Source: Candidatus Eiseniibacteriota bacterium
Lineage (GTDB): Bacteria > Eisenbacteria > RBG-16-71-46 > CAIMUX01 > VGJL01
Assembly: GCA_963792585.1 (NCBI GenBank)
Contig: CAWBWI010000001.1
Span: 1,472,001 to 1,536,000 of the forward strand
Direction: 5' to 3'
DNA length: 64,000 nucleotides
Shown: piece after piece, positions 38,649 through 49,562 of the stretch
Layout of the letters: each line of letters begins with the position of its first letter
How positions within the stretch are numbered: position 1 is the first letter of the stretch
Position numbers and translations under genes: made by a program
The notes under the pieces: model-generated
The model's input: only the letters and a program-made list of their open reading frames with translations
Told to the model about the DNA's origin: nothing
The model's database searches: none

Positions 38649-39855
38649 ATGGAACAACGCTACTTCCGCAAAGGCCTGGGAAGGCGGGAAGAGATCTTGC
38701 CGGTCCTGGAGCAGGACTACCGGAGCGGGATCGTCGAGTGGTTCCACGCGAACGGTCACCGACTCACCTACGGGGAGACTACCCTCATCCTCGCGCGCGA
38801 GTTCGGCTTCTGCTATGGAGTCGACCGGGCGGTCGAGTACGCGTACGAGTCGCGCAAGCAGTTCCCCGACCGGAGGATCTTCATCACCGGCGAGATCATC
38901 CACAATCCTTGGGTCAACGGTCGCCTCCAGGAGATCGGAATCGAGCGACTCCCCCGGCCCGGCACCGAGGAGGACCGTCTAGGGACCCTCACCCAGGAGG
39001 ACGTCGTCCTGATCCCGGCGTTCGGAATCGAACAGCCCGACCTCGCCCGCCTCCGGGAGATCGGCTCGATCCTGGTGGATACGACCTGCGGGTCGGTCCT
39101 CAACGTCTGGAAGAGCGTGGCGCGCTATGCGCGGACGGGCTTTACCGCGATCGTCCACGGAAAGGTCGACCACGAGGAGACCCGCGCGACCTGTTCGCAG
39201 GTGGTCGGGGAGGGGGGCGCCTATCTCGTCGTCAGAGATGTCGAGCAGGCTCGGGTCGTTTGCGATTTCATCAGGGACGAGGAACCGCGACAGGTTCGTC
39301 GCGGAGTTCGCGGGCTGCGTCTCCCCCGGCTTCGATCCCGACCGAGATCTCGAGCGGATCGGGCTCGCCAACCAGACGACGATGCTCTCCTCGGAGTCGC
39401 TCGCGATCTCCGACGACCCTGCGACGGAGCATCCTCGCCCGCTACGGCGAGGAGAACGTCGCCGAGCACTTCTCGAGCTTCCAGACGATCTGCAGCGCGA
39501 CCCAGGACCGACAGGACGCTGTCGACGAGATGCTCGAGCAGGGAATCGACCTCATGGTCGTGATCGGCGGCTTCAACTCGAGCAACACGACCCACCTCGT
39601 CGAGATCGCGAGCGGACGGGTTCCGACCTTCCACATCGAAGGCGCGGGCGACATCGTCTCGGACCCGCTGGATCCGCCACAAACCACTCGGAGGATCCGG
39701 ATCCGATCGTCGAGGGCGGCTGGCTGCCCGCAGGCGACAGTCAGTGATCGGCGTCACGGCGGGCGCGTCGACGCCGAACAGCGAGATCGGCCGGACGATC
39801 CTCAAGATCCTCCGGTTCCGCGGAGTTCCCGATTCGTTCCTGTCGGATCTCGTAA
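38649..39855 (+). CDS. ispH: 4-hydroxy-3-methylbut-2-enyl diphosphate reductase; frameshifted after ~39290
   Basis: [58 protein letters not shown]; 3' end approximate. Confidence 0.9.
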
Positions 39856-39899
39856 TCTGCGGGACCGTCGACCGAGGGGTCGCGGTGAGCAGGGTCGCC

Positions 39900-41821
39900 A
39901 TGAAGAGCGCCATCGGCTGGATCGCGCTCCTGACCTGCTTCGCCTCTCCGGTGCGCGGATCGATACCCCGCCCCGAGGTTTCGGGCCGAATCGGCAAGTC
40001 CGCGTGGACGCCCCCGCGCCTGCGCGCGAGCGTGATGATCGCGGATTCGACTGCCTCGATCTGCGCCTCGAGATCGGGCTCGACTTCGACACGGAGACGA
40101 TCCGGGCGAGCGCCCATCACCGGGTGGAGGCGACCCGAGCGCTGCAGGAGCTCGTTCTCGATCTCGTCGATTCGCTCACGGTCGACGGCGTCTGGCGCGG
40201 CGCGACGCCGGTCCCCTTCACACACGCGGGACGCACCCTGCGTTTCGCATTGAACCCTCCGCTGGCGCCCGGCGAGCAGTCGCTCGTCGGCATCGCCTAC
40301 GACGGGCATCCCCCCCACGACGGGCTCCTCGGACTCGCTTTCCACGTCGCGACGGCATCCCGGCCGTCTACACGGTGAGCGAGCCCTCATCCGCCTCGGC
40401 ATGGTGGCCTTGCAAGGACATGCCCGACGACAAGATGACCGCCACCATGGTCATCGACGTGCCCGACACGCTCTACGCGGGCTCCAACGGCCGCCTCGTC
40501 GCGGACATAGCGCCGATGGGCGTCGCCGGATGACGTGGCGCGAGACCTATCCGATCGCCCCCTATCTGATCAGCATCGCCTGCACGAACTACGATCCTTC
40601 GAGGGAACACACACCGGGCAGGACGGGCGGATCCTCCCGCTCCTCTACCTCGCCTACCCCGAGCACCTCGCCGACGCGCAGAGCTCCTGGGCGCGCACGG
40701 CCGAGATGATCGCCGCCTTGGAGGATCGATTCGGCCCCTACCCGTTCGACGGCGAGAAGTACGGTATGGCCGAGTTCTCCTGGGGCGGCGGGATGGAGCA
40801 TCAGACATTGACGTCGATGGGCGAGTACTACGTCGACGGAACGGATGCGAACGACTGGGTGGTCGCGCACGAGTTGGCCCACCGTGGTGGGGCGACATGG
40901 TGACCCCGCCTCGTGGGATCACATCTGGCTGAACGAGGGGTTCGCCCGCTACGCAGAGGCGCTCTGGTTCGAGTCCCGGTGGCGGAATCGAAGCCTACCG
41001 GGAGTGGATGCGGGCGATGTGGCGTCCGAGTTTCCCCGGCGCGATCGTCCCGCCCGATTACATCTTCAACGCGACGGTCTACCTCAAGGGCGCGTGGGTC
41101 CTGCATATGCTCCGCGGCGTGGTGGGACCGGAGATCTTCTTCGCTGCGCTCCGCACCTATGCGGAGGTCACGCCCACTCGAACGCGACGACCGAGGATCT
41201 GATCGCGGCGCTTCGAGGAGGTCGCCGGGCGGGATCTGCGTTGGTTCTTCGATCAGTGGGTCTACGGCACGGGCCGTCCCGCCTATTTCACGAGCTACGA
41301 AGTCGAGCCGGGCCCCGACGGAGCGATCCTGAATCTGACCATCTCCCAGGCCCAGGATGAGCCTCCGTTTCGCATGCCGCTCGAGTTCGGAATCACCGAT
41401 GCGCTCGGCAGCTACCGCGTCACCGTCCAGGATAGCCTGAGGATTCAGTCGTTCCGCATTCCCGTGCGGCTGGCTCCCCAAATCGTTGACATCGATCCGG
41501 ACGATTGGGTCCTCAAGGACTCGATCGGCGGATCGGGGGCGCCCGACGCATCGGGAGAGCTCGTCGCGGACGGCCATGGCCTGGCCTTCACCAGGCAGTC
41601 CCCCTTACCGGATCTCCATCGGCCCCGGGTCCGAGTCCCGCGCAATCGGCATCTACGACGCGGCGGGCAGACGCGTGGCGTCCGTGGCCCCGTGCGGGGA
41701 GCCGATCGCCGTGTGGGATGGCCGGGATGACCTCGGACGCGAGCTTCCCTCGGGCCTGTATCTGGCCCGTGCGGTCGGTGTCGCCGGCAGCCGGGCCTGC
41801 CGCGTATGGGTAGCCCGATAG
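39900..41821 (+). CDS. Secreted M1 aminopeptidase with FlgD-Ig-like tail; multiple frameshifts
   Basis: GGMEHQT, HELAH, IWLNEGFARY, YLKGAWVLHMLR, WFFDQW, WDGRDDLGRELPSGLY across frames. Confidence 0.85.
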
Positions 41822-41894
41822 GCGTCTGGCCGGGAACCCCGGATCGTCGTCGGTAGGGCGCCGGTCCGGTTGCGTATGGCCGTCAAGATGTGTA

Positions 41895-41917
41895 ACTTGT
41901 TGGATTAGTTCACAAGT
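41895..41917. promoter_or_regulatory. Rex-like operator upstream of nfnAB
   Basis: ACTTGTTGGATTAGTTCACAAGT; perfect TTCACAA half-site, one base longer than TTGTGAA-N4-TTCACAA. Confidence 0.5.
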
Positions 41918-42028
41918 GCGTTCGCCTACCCTCATGATGGGCCGCCGGTGGGAGTCGGCGCATCGGGCCGATAGGCGGGTTGGGCGGGGACGAGGGCGGT
42001 TCACATTTCCGCGAGGAGACCGGCCAGC

Positions 42029-42996
42029 ATGAGCACGACCAACTGCTCCATGACGGGGAAGAACTACGCGATCCTGAAACGCCGGGACCTCACCCCGGGT
42101 CCGGACGGGGTCATCGAGTTCGTGGTCGAAGCGCCGCTGATCGCCCGTCACGCACAGGCCGGGTCAGTTCGTCATCATCCGCACGATGGGAGCCTCGGGG
42201 AGCGGATCCCGCTCACGATCGCCGCCTACGATCGCGCACCGCCGGGACGATCACGCTGATCTTCCAGATGGTCGGTTCTCGACCCGCGAAGATGGGCGAG
42301 TTGAGGCGAAGGGGACACGCTCCTCGACATCCTGGGTCCGCTCGGGCACGCCGATCGAGGTCAAGCAAGCACGACGATGCCCGTGATCTGCGTCGGCGGC
42401 GGCGTCGGCAGTCGCCCCGATCTGGCCGAAGGTCAAGGAACTCTACGAGCTCGGCAACCACGTCATCACGATCATCGGCGCCCGGACGAAGGACCTCCTG
42501 ATCCTCGAGGACGGAGCTGCGCGCGATCTCGACCGAGCTCTTCGTCACGACCGACGACGGTTCCTACGCTCGCAAAGGATTCGTGACCGCCGTGCTTCAC
42601 GAGCATGCTCGAGCAAGTACGGCGGGAAGGTCGCCGAGGTGATCGCGGTCGGCCCGCTGCCGATGATGGAGGCGTGCGTCAAGGAGATGGTCGGCAAGGG
42701 CTTCCGCGACACATACGATCCGGCTCTCGAATACGATCCGCGCCGGATACCGTGCATCGTCAGCCTGAACCCGATCATGGTCGACGGCACCGGGCATGTG
42801 CGGCGGCTGTCGCGTCGGCATCTGGAATGCGGACAAGGGCGAGTACGAGGCGCGATTCTCCTGCGTGGACGGGCCCGCCTTCGACGGCTACACGGTCGAC
42901 TTCGCCGCGCTCTCGCGGCGCAACAAGCAGTATCTCCAGATGGAGAGGGTGGTGGCGGAGCATGGATCGGGAAGCGGCGAAGAAAGAAGCTCTTAA
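42029..42996 (+). CDS. nfnA: NfnA/SudB-like FAD/NAD-binding 2Fe-2S subunit; frameshifted
   Basis: GERIPLTI, GPLG, CVGGGVG, TDDGS, AVGPLPMM, SLNPIMVDGTG-MCGGCRV..CVDGPAFD. Confidence 0.88.
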
Positions 42997-44456
42997 GCAG
43001 AAGACGAAGACCGGAATGCCGATGCAGGACCCCGAGGTCCGCATCCACAACTTCTCGGTCGTCGAACTCGGGTACACGCCGGAGCTCGCCTGGAACGAGA
43101 TCGAACCGCTGCATCAACTGCAAAGATCCGAAGTGCGTCCCCTACTGTCCCGTCGAGATCGACATCCGGGCGATGATGGAAGCGGTGCGCGCCGAGGACT
43201 ACGAGCGGGCCTACAAGATCGTCACCTCCAACAATCTCTTTCCCGCGATCAGCGGCCGGGTCTGCCCGCAGGAAAACCAGTGCGAGATGGTCTGCGTACG
43301 CGGCCTGAAGGGTGAGCCGGTCGGAATCGGGTTCGTCGAGAAGTTCCTGGCCGATTGGGCACGCGAGCGCGGTATCCGCCCGGACGCCGACCTCGCTCCG
43401 CCCAATGGGAAGCAGATCGCGATCGTCGGCTCGGGCCCGGCCGGGATGTCGGCGGCGGCCGACCTCGTCCGCCTCGGCTACAAGGTCACGATGTACGAGG
43501 CGCTCCACCGTCCGGGCGGAGTGCTTCTCTACGGGATCCCCGAGTTCCGTCTGCCCAAGGCGATCGTCGACTACGAGATCGACAACCTCCGCGCGTTGGG
43601 GGTCGAGATCGTGATGAACACGCTCGTCGGCCGCACGATCACCATGAACGAGCTGATCGAGCAGTTCGATGCGATCTTCGTCGGAACAGGCGCCGGACTT
43701 CCCTACTTCATGAACATCCCGGGAGAGCAGCTGTCCGGCGTCTACTCTGCGAACGAGTTCCTCACCCGGGCGAACCTGATGGATGGCCCGGTCCTTCCCC
43801 GAGGCGCCGACGCCGATCCACATCGGCAAGCACGTCGGGGTCGTCGGCGGCGGCAACGTCGCGATGGACGCGGCGCGCGTCTCGAAGCGGCTCGGCGCCG
43901 AGGTGGTCGACGTGATCTACCGGCGCACCGAGGACGGAGATGCCGGCGCGTGCCGACGAGATCCACCACGCCGAGGAGGAAGGGATCAACTTCCTCTACC
44001 TGCACGCCCCGGTCGCGATTCACGGGAACGAGAGACGGGCTGGGTCCATGAGGTCGAGATGATTCGCATGGAGCTGGGAGAGCCCGACGAGTCGGGACGC
44101 CGCAGGCCCGTGGTCGTGGCCGATTCGAACTTCCGCAAGCCCTACGAGGTTCTGATCATGGCGATCGGCCAGGGACCGAATCCTCTGCTCGCACGCCTGA
44201 CCCCCTACCTCAAGACCACCAAGTGGGGCCAGCTCGTGATCGATCCGAAGAGCTGCAGCTCGACGCGAAGGACGCGCCCAAGACGGGAGCGGACGGTCCC
44301 CCGGACATCCCGATCGTCTGCGCCGGCGGCGACATCATCGGCTCGCAGGCAGGGGCAGGCGGCACCGTGATTGCGGCCATGGGGCACGGTAAGATCGCGG
44401 CCCGCACGATCCACGAAGCGCTGCTTCCCCGCAGCCCCAAACATCCCTTACCATAG
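42962..44456 (+). CDS. nfnB: NfnB/SudA-like (GltD-like) NADPH-dependent subunit; frameshifted
   Basis: RCINCKDPKCVPYCPV, GRVCPQENQCE, GSGPAG, YGIPEFRLPK, GGGNVAMDAAR, AGGDI..TVIAAMG. Confidence 0.88.
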
Positions 44457-44461
44457 GGATC

Positions 44462-44914
44462 GTGAGACGGTTCTTTCCAATCGTGGCTGCGGCGACGGTC
44501 CTCGCCGCAGCTTCCTGTTCGTTCATGGGACTCGGCCAGCCTCCTGTGCGAATCGGAGGAGAGTGGGATCGCGCCCAGTCGAAAGTCGAGGCCTGGGCGA
44601 AGGGTGGCCATGGGCGGTCTTTCCAAACGCAGGACCTCGATGTTCGGGAGCGGAGAATCTACGATCCCCTCGATAGCTTGATCATCGCCGACGCCTATCG
44701 CCGGGCAGGGCTCGAGCACCCCGCATACCGTCGTTTTCCGCCCGCGCCCAAGGAGCCCGGCCGGCTCGTGCGGGAGAACTACATCTTCTACCTCCGGGGG
44801 AACCAGATCGTGGGGGTGGAGTATCGTGCGGTCGAGTCGGATGGGTGGGGAGGGCACAAGCAGTTGGATGAAGCGGTGGGAGAGCTTTCCGAGTCGCCGC
44901 CGCTCACCAGTTGA
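44462..44914 (+). CDS. Hypothetical lipoprotein
   Basis: Signal peptide with lipobox-like AAASC; no recognisable domain. Confidence 0.6.
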   Translation: MRRFFPIVAAATVLAAASCSFMGLGQPPVRIGGEWDRAQSKVEAWAKGGHGRSFQTQDLDVRERRIYDPLDSLIIADAYRRAGLEHPAYRRFPPAPKEPGRLVRENYIFYLRGNQIVGVEYRAVESDGWGGHKQLDEAVGELSESPPLTS

Positions 44915-45018
44915 GCGCCCGGCGACGCTCGGTGCGAGCGTATGGCTTCGATGACCAAAGAACAAAACGGCCATCCCGGGTACGGTCGGCTGTTGCGCAA
45001 AAGGGGGCTGGTGGGTTG

Positions 45019-47136
45019 GTGAAAGTGCGCGCCGCCGTCTTACTGCTTTCCGTCCTCTTCGCACAGGCGGCGACGGCCGCCACGTTCCGGGGTCGCGTCG
45101 TCGAGTCCGAGCATGGCACCGCCGTCCCCCACGCCTTTGTGACGATCAACGGAACCGTTCACGCCGAGGCCGATTCCTCCGGTTGGTTCAAGATCGATGA
45201 TCTGCCCGAGGGCCCAGCGAAGATCAAGATCGAACATGTCGCCTACATGCCCTGGGAGCGGGAAGTTCGCCTTCGCGAATCCCGCCCTACCGAACTGGCG
45301 ATCCGCCTTCGCCTTCGCGTCCAGACCATCGAGGCTGTCGAGATCGGCGCCACACGCCCCGATCCCTCTGTGCCCCAAGGAAAGCGGACGATCTCGGCGA
45401 TGCAGATTCGACGGGCCGCAGGAGGCGTCGCAACCGATCCCCTCAGGGTCATCCAGGCGCTTCCCGGATCGGCGGCGGCGGGGGATGACTTCTCCAACCG
45501 CTATGTCGTGAGGGGAGGCGATCCGGAAGAGAACACCGTCCTCTATGACGACTACTTCCTCCTCCAACCGGTCCATCTCGAGGGATTCACCTCGGTCATC
45601 TACGACGACCTCGTCAGCAGTGTCGATCTCTACCCGGGCGCCCTACCGCCGCGCTTCGGCGATGCGCTATCGAGCGTCACCCTCCTGGGTTCGGCTCGCC
45701 CCGAGAAGAACCGACGCTTCTTTCGATACGACCTGGGTTCGATCGCGCTCGGCGGACAGCTCGCACGGGACGAGACCTATGCCGTCGCCGCCGCGAGGAC
45801 GAGCTTCTACAACTTGATCGTGCGCCGACCCCCAGGGGTCAAGACCCGCAGCTTCCAGGACTTCGCCGGCAAGGCGATCCACGATGGAGATCGGGTCGGG
45901 ACCTCGGCCACGGTGGTCGCCACGCGCGATCGAGAGACCGGGGATGTCGATCGCGCAATCGACTCCTACCTCGCGGGCGTTCGGATCGGAAGCCTACCGG
46001 GGCTGAACAGCTGGCAGGCAGGGGTCTCCCTCAGCAACAGGACATCGGACGCGAAGGTGAAGCGACCCCGGAGTGAGACGAAGGGCGATCTTCAGCGACT
46101 GGGCGTGACCGGAGGCGTCTTGCGGAACATCTCCCCCAGTCTCCAGACGCGCTTCGACGGGGAGGCCCGGCAGGAGCGGTTCGACGATTCGGTCCACCGC
46201 CGCAGCGCCGCCGGGGGGTTTCTCTCCGCAGAGGGCACATATGCCGCCTCGTTGGCGTCGATTTCCGCGGGCGCCCGGGTGGAGAAGATCCCTTTCACCA
46301 AGACCAACCCGGTCTCTCCTTACGTCTCGTTCCGCGTGCGCGGGCTCGGACGCATTACGCCCGGAGGCGCTTACCGGATCGTGCGGCAAAGCCCCTTCGC
46401 CCTGAATGAATCGTACGAGGTCGCCGGCCTGCCGGTCGACGCCGGCCGGCTATTGAGCCTCGTCGAGAATGATCTCGAGCCGCTGCGGGCGGATCACGTT
46501 TCGGGATCGCTCGAGGCGGATCTCGGCGGCGGGCTGAGCGCCGGAATCGAGGTCTACCGGAAGCGTTACGACCAACTGCTGACCTGGAAGAACAAGGACA
46601 AGACATACGAGCCGGTCGACAGCACGATCGCCAACGGCGGATCCGGGAAGGGTGTCGGGTGCGAAATCACCTTGCGCCGGGAGCGAGGCCGCGTGACCGG
46701 GGTGGCCTCCTACACGATCGCGCGAACGCGCAAGCGCGAAGGACCGGCGACCGAGATGAACGCGGCCGACCACGATCGCCCGCGCATGCTCCAGGTCTCC
46801 CTCGACATTCCGGTGCGCGGCGGCACATCGTTCGCGGTCGCTTACAGGGCGTCGACCGGACGCCCGATCACGCCGTTGGGTGACGAGGGGCGCCTCGACC
46901 CATCGGTCATCAACAGCCAGCGTCTTCCGTCCTATCGCCGACTCGACCTGAAGCTCGAGCAAAGGATCCTGCAGAGCAAGACCGAGGCGTTCCTCTACCT
47001 CGACGTCTTGAACATCCTGAATCACAAGAACGTGGTCGATCTGATCCAGTTCGTCGGCAGCGGCGGGCGGATCGTGCGGATCCAGAGTCAGGGAGTGAGA
47101 ATCCTGCCGGTGGCGGGATTCGGGTTCTACTTCTAG
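45019..47136 (+). CDS. TonB-dependent receptor with N-terminal carboxypeptidase-regulatory-like domain
   Basis: Signal peptide, plug (DPLRVIQALPG..VRGG..EN), RLPSYRRLDL, NILNHKN, terminal F. Confidence 0.9.
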   Translation: MKVRAAVLLLSVLFAQAATAATFRGRVVESEHGTAVPHAFVTINGTVHAEADSSGWFKIDDLPEGPAKIKIEHVAYMPWEREVRLRESRPTELAIRLRLRVQTIEAVEIGATRPDPSVPQGKRTISAMQIRRAAGGVATDPLRVIQALPGSAAAGDDFSNRYVVRGGDPEENTVLYDDYFLLQPVHLEGFTSVIYDDLVSSVDLYPGALPPRFGDALSSVTLLGSARPEKNRRFFRYDLGSIALGGQLARDETYAVAAARTSFYNLIVRRPPGVKTRSFQDFAGKAIHDGDRVGTSATVVATRDRETGDVDRAIDSYLAGVRIGSLPGLNSWQAGVSLSNRTSDAKVKRPRSETKGDLQRLGVTGGVLRNISPSLQTRFDGEARQERFDDSVHRRSAAGGFLSAEGTYAASLASISAGARVEKIPFTKTNPVSPYVSFRVRGLGRITPGGAYRIVRQSPFALNESYEVAGLPVDAGRLLSLVENDLEPLRADHVSGSLEADLGGGLSAGIEVYRKRYDQLLTWKNKDKTYEPVDSTIANGGSGKGVGCEITLRRERGRVTGVASYTIARTRKREGPATEMNAADHDRPRMLQVSLDIPVRGGTSFAVAYRASTGRPITPLGDEGRLDPSVINSQRLPSYRRLDLKLEQRILQSKTEAFLYLDVLNILNHKNVVDLIQFVGSGGRIVRIQSQGVRILPVAGFGFYF

Positions 47137-47187
47137 CGCATGCCGAAGGGGCCCGTCCCGTCTGGGCACGGGCCCCGGATCCCGAAC

Positions 47188-47580
47188 CTAGGCCGCACCC
47201 TTCTGCGCCTCGGTGAGCGCATGCTCGATGAGGACGAGAAGGGTCTTCGGATCGTATGGCTTGGTCAGGTAGTGCCGGATCCCCCGATGGAAGGCCTTGA
47301 CCTGAGATCGCTCCTGCGTGTCCGCAGTGAGGAAGATGACGGGCAGGTGCTGCAGGCCGTCCTCGCGCAGCGCGTCGAGCACGGCGAACGCATTTCCTTC
47401 CGGCATGTTGATGTCCAGGATCGCGATGTCAGGCTGCGATTCGCGAATGCCCTTGACCGCAGCGCGGCCGTCCATGGCGGTGATCACCTCGTAGCCGGCC
47501 GCCTCCAACCGAATCCGGAGGGCGAGGATGATATCGGGATCGTCGTCGGCAACCAGCACCCTGACCTTCTTCGTCGACAT
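47188..47580 (-). CDS. Single-domain response regulator
   Basis: VADDD, LDINMP, FLT, TKPY; all canonical residues present. Confidence 0.92.
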   Translation of the reverse strand: MSTKKVRVLVADDDPDIILALRIRLEAAGYEVITAMDGRAAVKGIRESQPDIAILDINMPEGNAFAVLDALREDGLQHLPVIFLTADTQERSQVKAFHRGIRHYLTKPYDPKTLLVLIEHALTEAQKGAA

Positions 47581-47581
47581 C

Positions 47582-48805
47582 CTAGTTTCCTCCTTCACGG
47601 TCGAACCACCGGAGGACCGCATCGGTCATCTCCTCGGGTCCCCCGAATTCACGTGAATGGACCTTGTCGGGACGCGGCTGCCACTCGACTTGTGCGCCGA
47701 CCTGAAAACGGAGCCGATCGGTGACGGTCCGGAGGCACCGCCGGACGTGGGGTCCGATGCTCTCCGGCTCGCCGGCGATGACGAAGCAGATCTCCGGATC
47801 GTGGTCGATGGCGGCCACGACCTCGTCGTGAGGCCCCAGGCATCGGCTCATGGCGTCCCGGATCTGCTCTCCGATCTGTTCCGCGCTCGGATGGAGGGCT
47901 CCCTCCCAGCGTTGGGCGCGTGCCCGCACGAACGCGAAGCCGCCCCCTTCCTCAACATGTCGCCAGGAACTCCTGAGGGCGCTTTCGATCACCGTGCGCG
48001 GCCGGAATGGAGGCAATACTAGAGAGAAGACCGACCCCGTACCGGGCTCGGACCTCACGTCGACGTGCCCGCCGTGGAGGTCGACGATCTCCTGGACGAT
48101 CGTCAGGCCCAAGCCCAGTCCCCCGGGACGGACCCGCCGCGCATGGTCCCCCCTGCTGAATCGCTTGAACATGGTCTTGAGCGTCAAGGGATCGATGCCC
48201 GCGCCGTTGTCATGGACAGAGACCATGACGCCGCCGCCGGCCTCCGGGCAGGCGGTGATCCGGATCTCGACCGACTCCCGCGAGTACTTGATCGCGTTGT
48301 CGACGAGATTGCGGATCGCCTCGAGAATCCGATCGGGGTCCACGAAGACATCCGGCAGAGCGCGGCTCAGTTCCAACTCCAGCCGCACGTCCTTTCCACC
48401 GTGAGCGGCGCCGTGAAGCAACGCATCCCGGTCGAGGAGTCGGGCCATGGAAACGCGCTTTCGCGCGAGCCGGAAGCTCCCTTGCTGTATTCGCGTGATC
48501 GCGAGCAGTTGTTCGATCATTTCGGCGAGGGTGTCCGCATTCCGAAGGGCGATGAGAAGATACTCCGTCTGACGCTCCGTCACCGGCCCGGCGAGCCCGT
48601 CCATGACGATCGACACGAACTCCCGAAGACTCGTCAGCGGGCTTCGCAGGTCGTGGGAGACATTCGCGAAGAAGTCCGCCTGCGCTCGATTCGCTCGGGC
48701 CAACTCACGGTTGGTCTCCAGCAGTCGCAAGCGCTCCCAATCTCGCTCTTTGTCGGAGCCTCGAGAGGCGCTGACAGCAGCCGTTTGACCGTAGGCGATT
48801 GACAT
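47582..48805 (-). CDS. Cytoplasmic histidine kinase with C-terminal extension
   Basis: H-box SHDLRSPL, NLVDNAIKY, DNGAGI, GLGLGL; no TM or sensor domain. Confidence 0.9.
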   Translation of the reverse strand: MSIAYGQTAAVSASRGSDKERDWERLRLLETNRELARANRAQADFFANVSHDLRSPLTSLREFVSIVMDGLAGPVTERQTEYLLIALRNADTLAEMIEQLLAITRIQQGSFRLARKRVSMARLLDRDALLHGAAHGGKDVRLELELSRALPDVFVDPDRILEAIRNLVDNAIKYSRESVEIRITACPEAGGGVMVSVHDNGAGIDPLTLKTMFKRFSRGDHARRVRPGGLGLGLTIVQEIVDLHGGHVDVRSEPGTGSVFSLVLPPFRPRTVIESALRSSWRHVEEGGGFAFVRARAQRWEGALHPSAEQIGEQIRDAMSRCLGPHDEVVAAIDHDPEICFVIAGEPESIGPHVRRCLRTVTDRLRFQVGAQVEWQPRPDKVHSREFGGPEEMTDAVLRWFDREGGN

Positions 48806-48979
48806 TCCTTCCGTGACCCCGCTACGCGCCGGGCCGGATTCCATCCTCCGCCGTCCTGGCGGGGCGTTGCCGGCTCGGAGAAGCATCCTCCCGTCCATGC
48901 ACACGTTCGGGAGACCCTCCTGGGAGTCCCCATCTATCCGTCGGCCGTACCGAGACGCTTCTTGAGGGAAACGGCGGGG

Positions 48980-49354
48980 CTAAGCGGCCTTGCCGCCGAG
49001 CGCGCGGTCGATGACCTCGAGGAGTCGCCGGCGGCTGAACGGAAGCGGCAGGGTGGGAAGGTCCTTCAGGGCGGCGCTGTCCGACGGGAAGAGGTGGGCG
49101 GAGACGAGGACGATGGGAAACTCCCCATGTTGACGGACCCGGCCGGCCAGCTCGGCCGGACCCAAGTTGGGAAGATCCACGTCGATGATGCAGAGGTCCG
49201 GAGCAACCACCTGGAGAGAATCCAGGAGCGCGGAGGCGCCATCGCTGGCCTCAACCGTCGCTCCCTCCCGCTCCAGGGTGCGCCGAAGAGCGTCGCGGAA
49301 CGAGGAATCCGCGACACCGATCGCGATCCTCCTGCCCCGCAGAATCGTGCTCAT
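48980..49354 (-). CDS. Atypical single-domain receiver protein
   Basis: REC-like (PDLCIIDVDLP, IVLVSA) but no acidic DD pair and no conserved Lys (LPLPF); SD AGGAGG. Confidence 0.8.
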   Translation of the reverse strand: MSTILRGRRIAIGVADSSFRDALRRTLEREGATVEASDGASALLDSLQVVAPDLCIIDVDLPNLGPAELAGRVRQHGEFPIVLVSAHLFPSDSAALKDLPTLPLPFSRRRLLEVIDRALGGKAA

Positions 49355-49377
49355 GGCACCTCCTGCAGGGTCCTCCA

Positions 49378-49393
49378 AGCAGGTCGCGTGCCA
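49378..49393 (-). promoter_or_regulatory. Sigma-54 -24/-12 promoter
   Basis: TGGCACGCGACCTGCT with exact GG-N10-GC spacing. Confidence 0.75.
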
Positions 49394-49479
49394 GATTCGG
49401 GAACAGCTGGAAATCAAAGTCGCGACTTGGGGTTGCACCGATCCCGACGCACCGGGGGCGTGAGAGGATTCAGTCATCC

Positions 49480-49527
49480 GTCCCGGAGTGGGGACGCGCG
49501 GCGGACAGGCCGTTCCGCGGGTGGGAC
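49480..49527. promoter_or_regulatory. Paired putative enhancer (UAS) palindromes
   Basis: GTCCC-GGAGTG-GGGAC (49480) and GTTCC-GCGGGT-GGGAC (49512), 32 bp apart. Confidence 0.65.
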
Positions 49528-49562
49528 GCTCCCGCGACCTCCTGAGGCCGTTCCTTCCAGCC

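Noticed and set aside
26751..39917. Two secreted proteins both starting MKSAIG
   Set aside because: Only six residues, with different codons and no further similarity; compatible with signal-peptide composition.
39744..40253. ORF joining the IspH C-terminus to the M1 peptidase signal peptide
   Set aside because: Lies in the indel-rich stretch; most simply an artefact.
32715..44300. Programmed frameshifting or phase variation as the cause of the broken genes
   Set aside because: Too many shifts per gene, and no consistent slippery sites or repeat tracts seen.
42962..44456. Glutamate synthase small subunit (gltD)
   Set aside because: No gltB adjacent; pairing with an NfnA-like gene favours NfnAB/SudAB.
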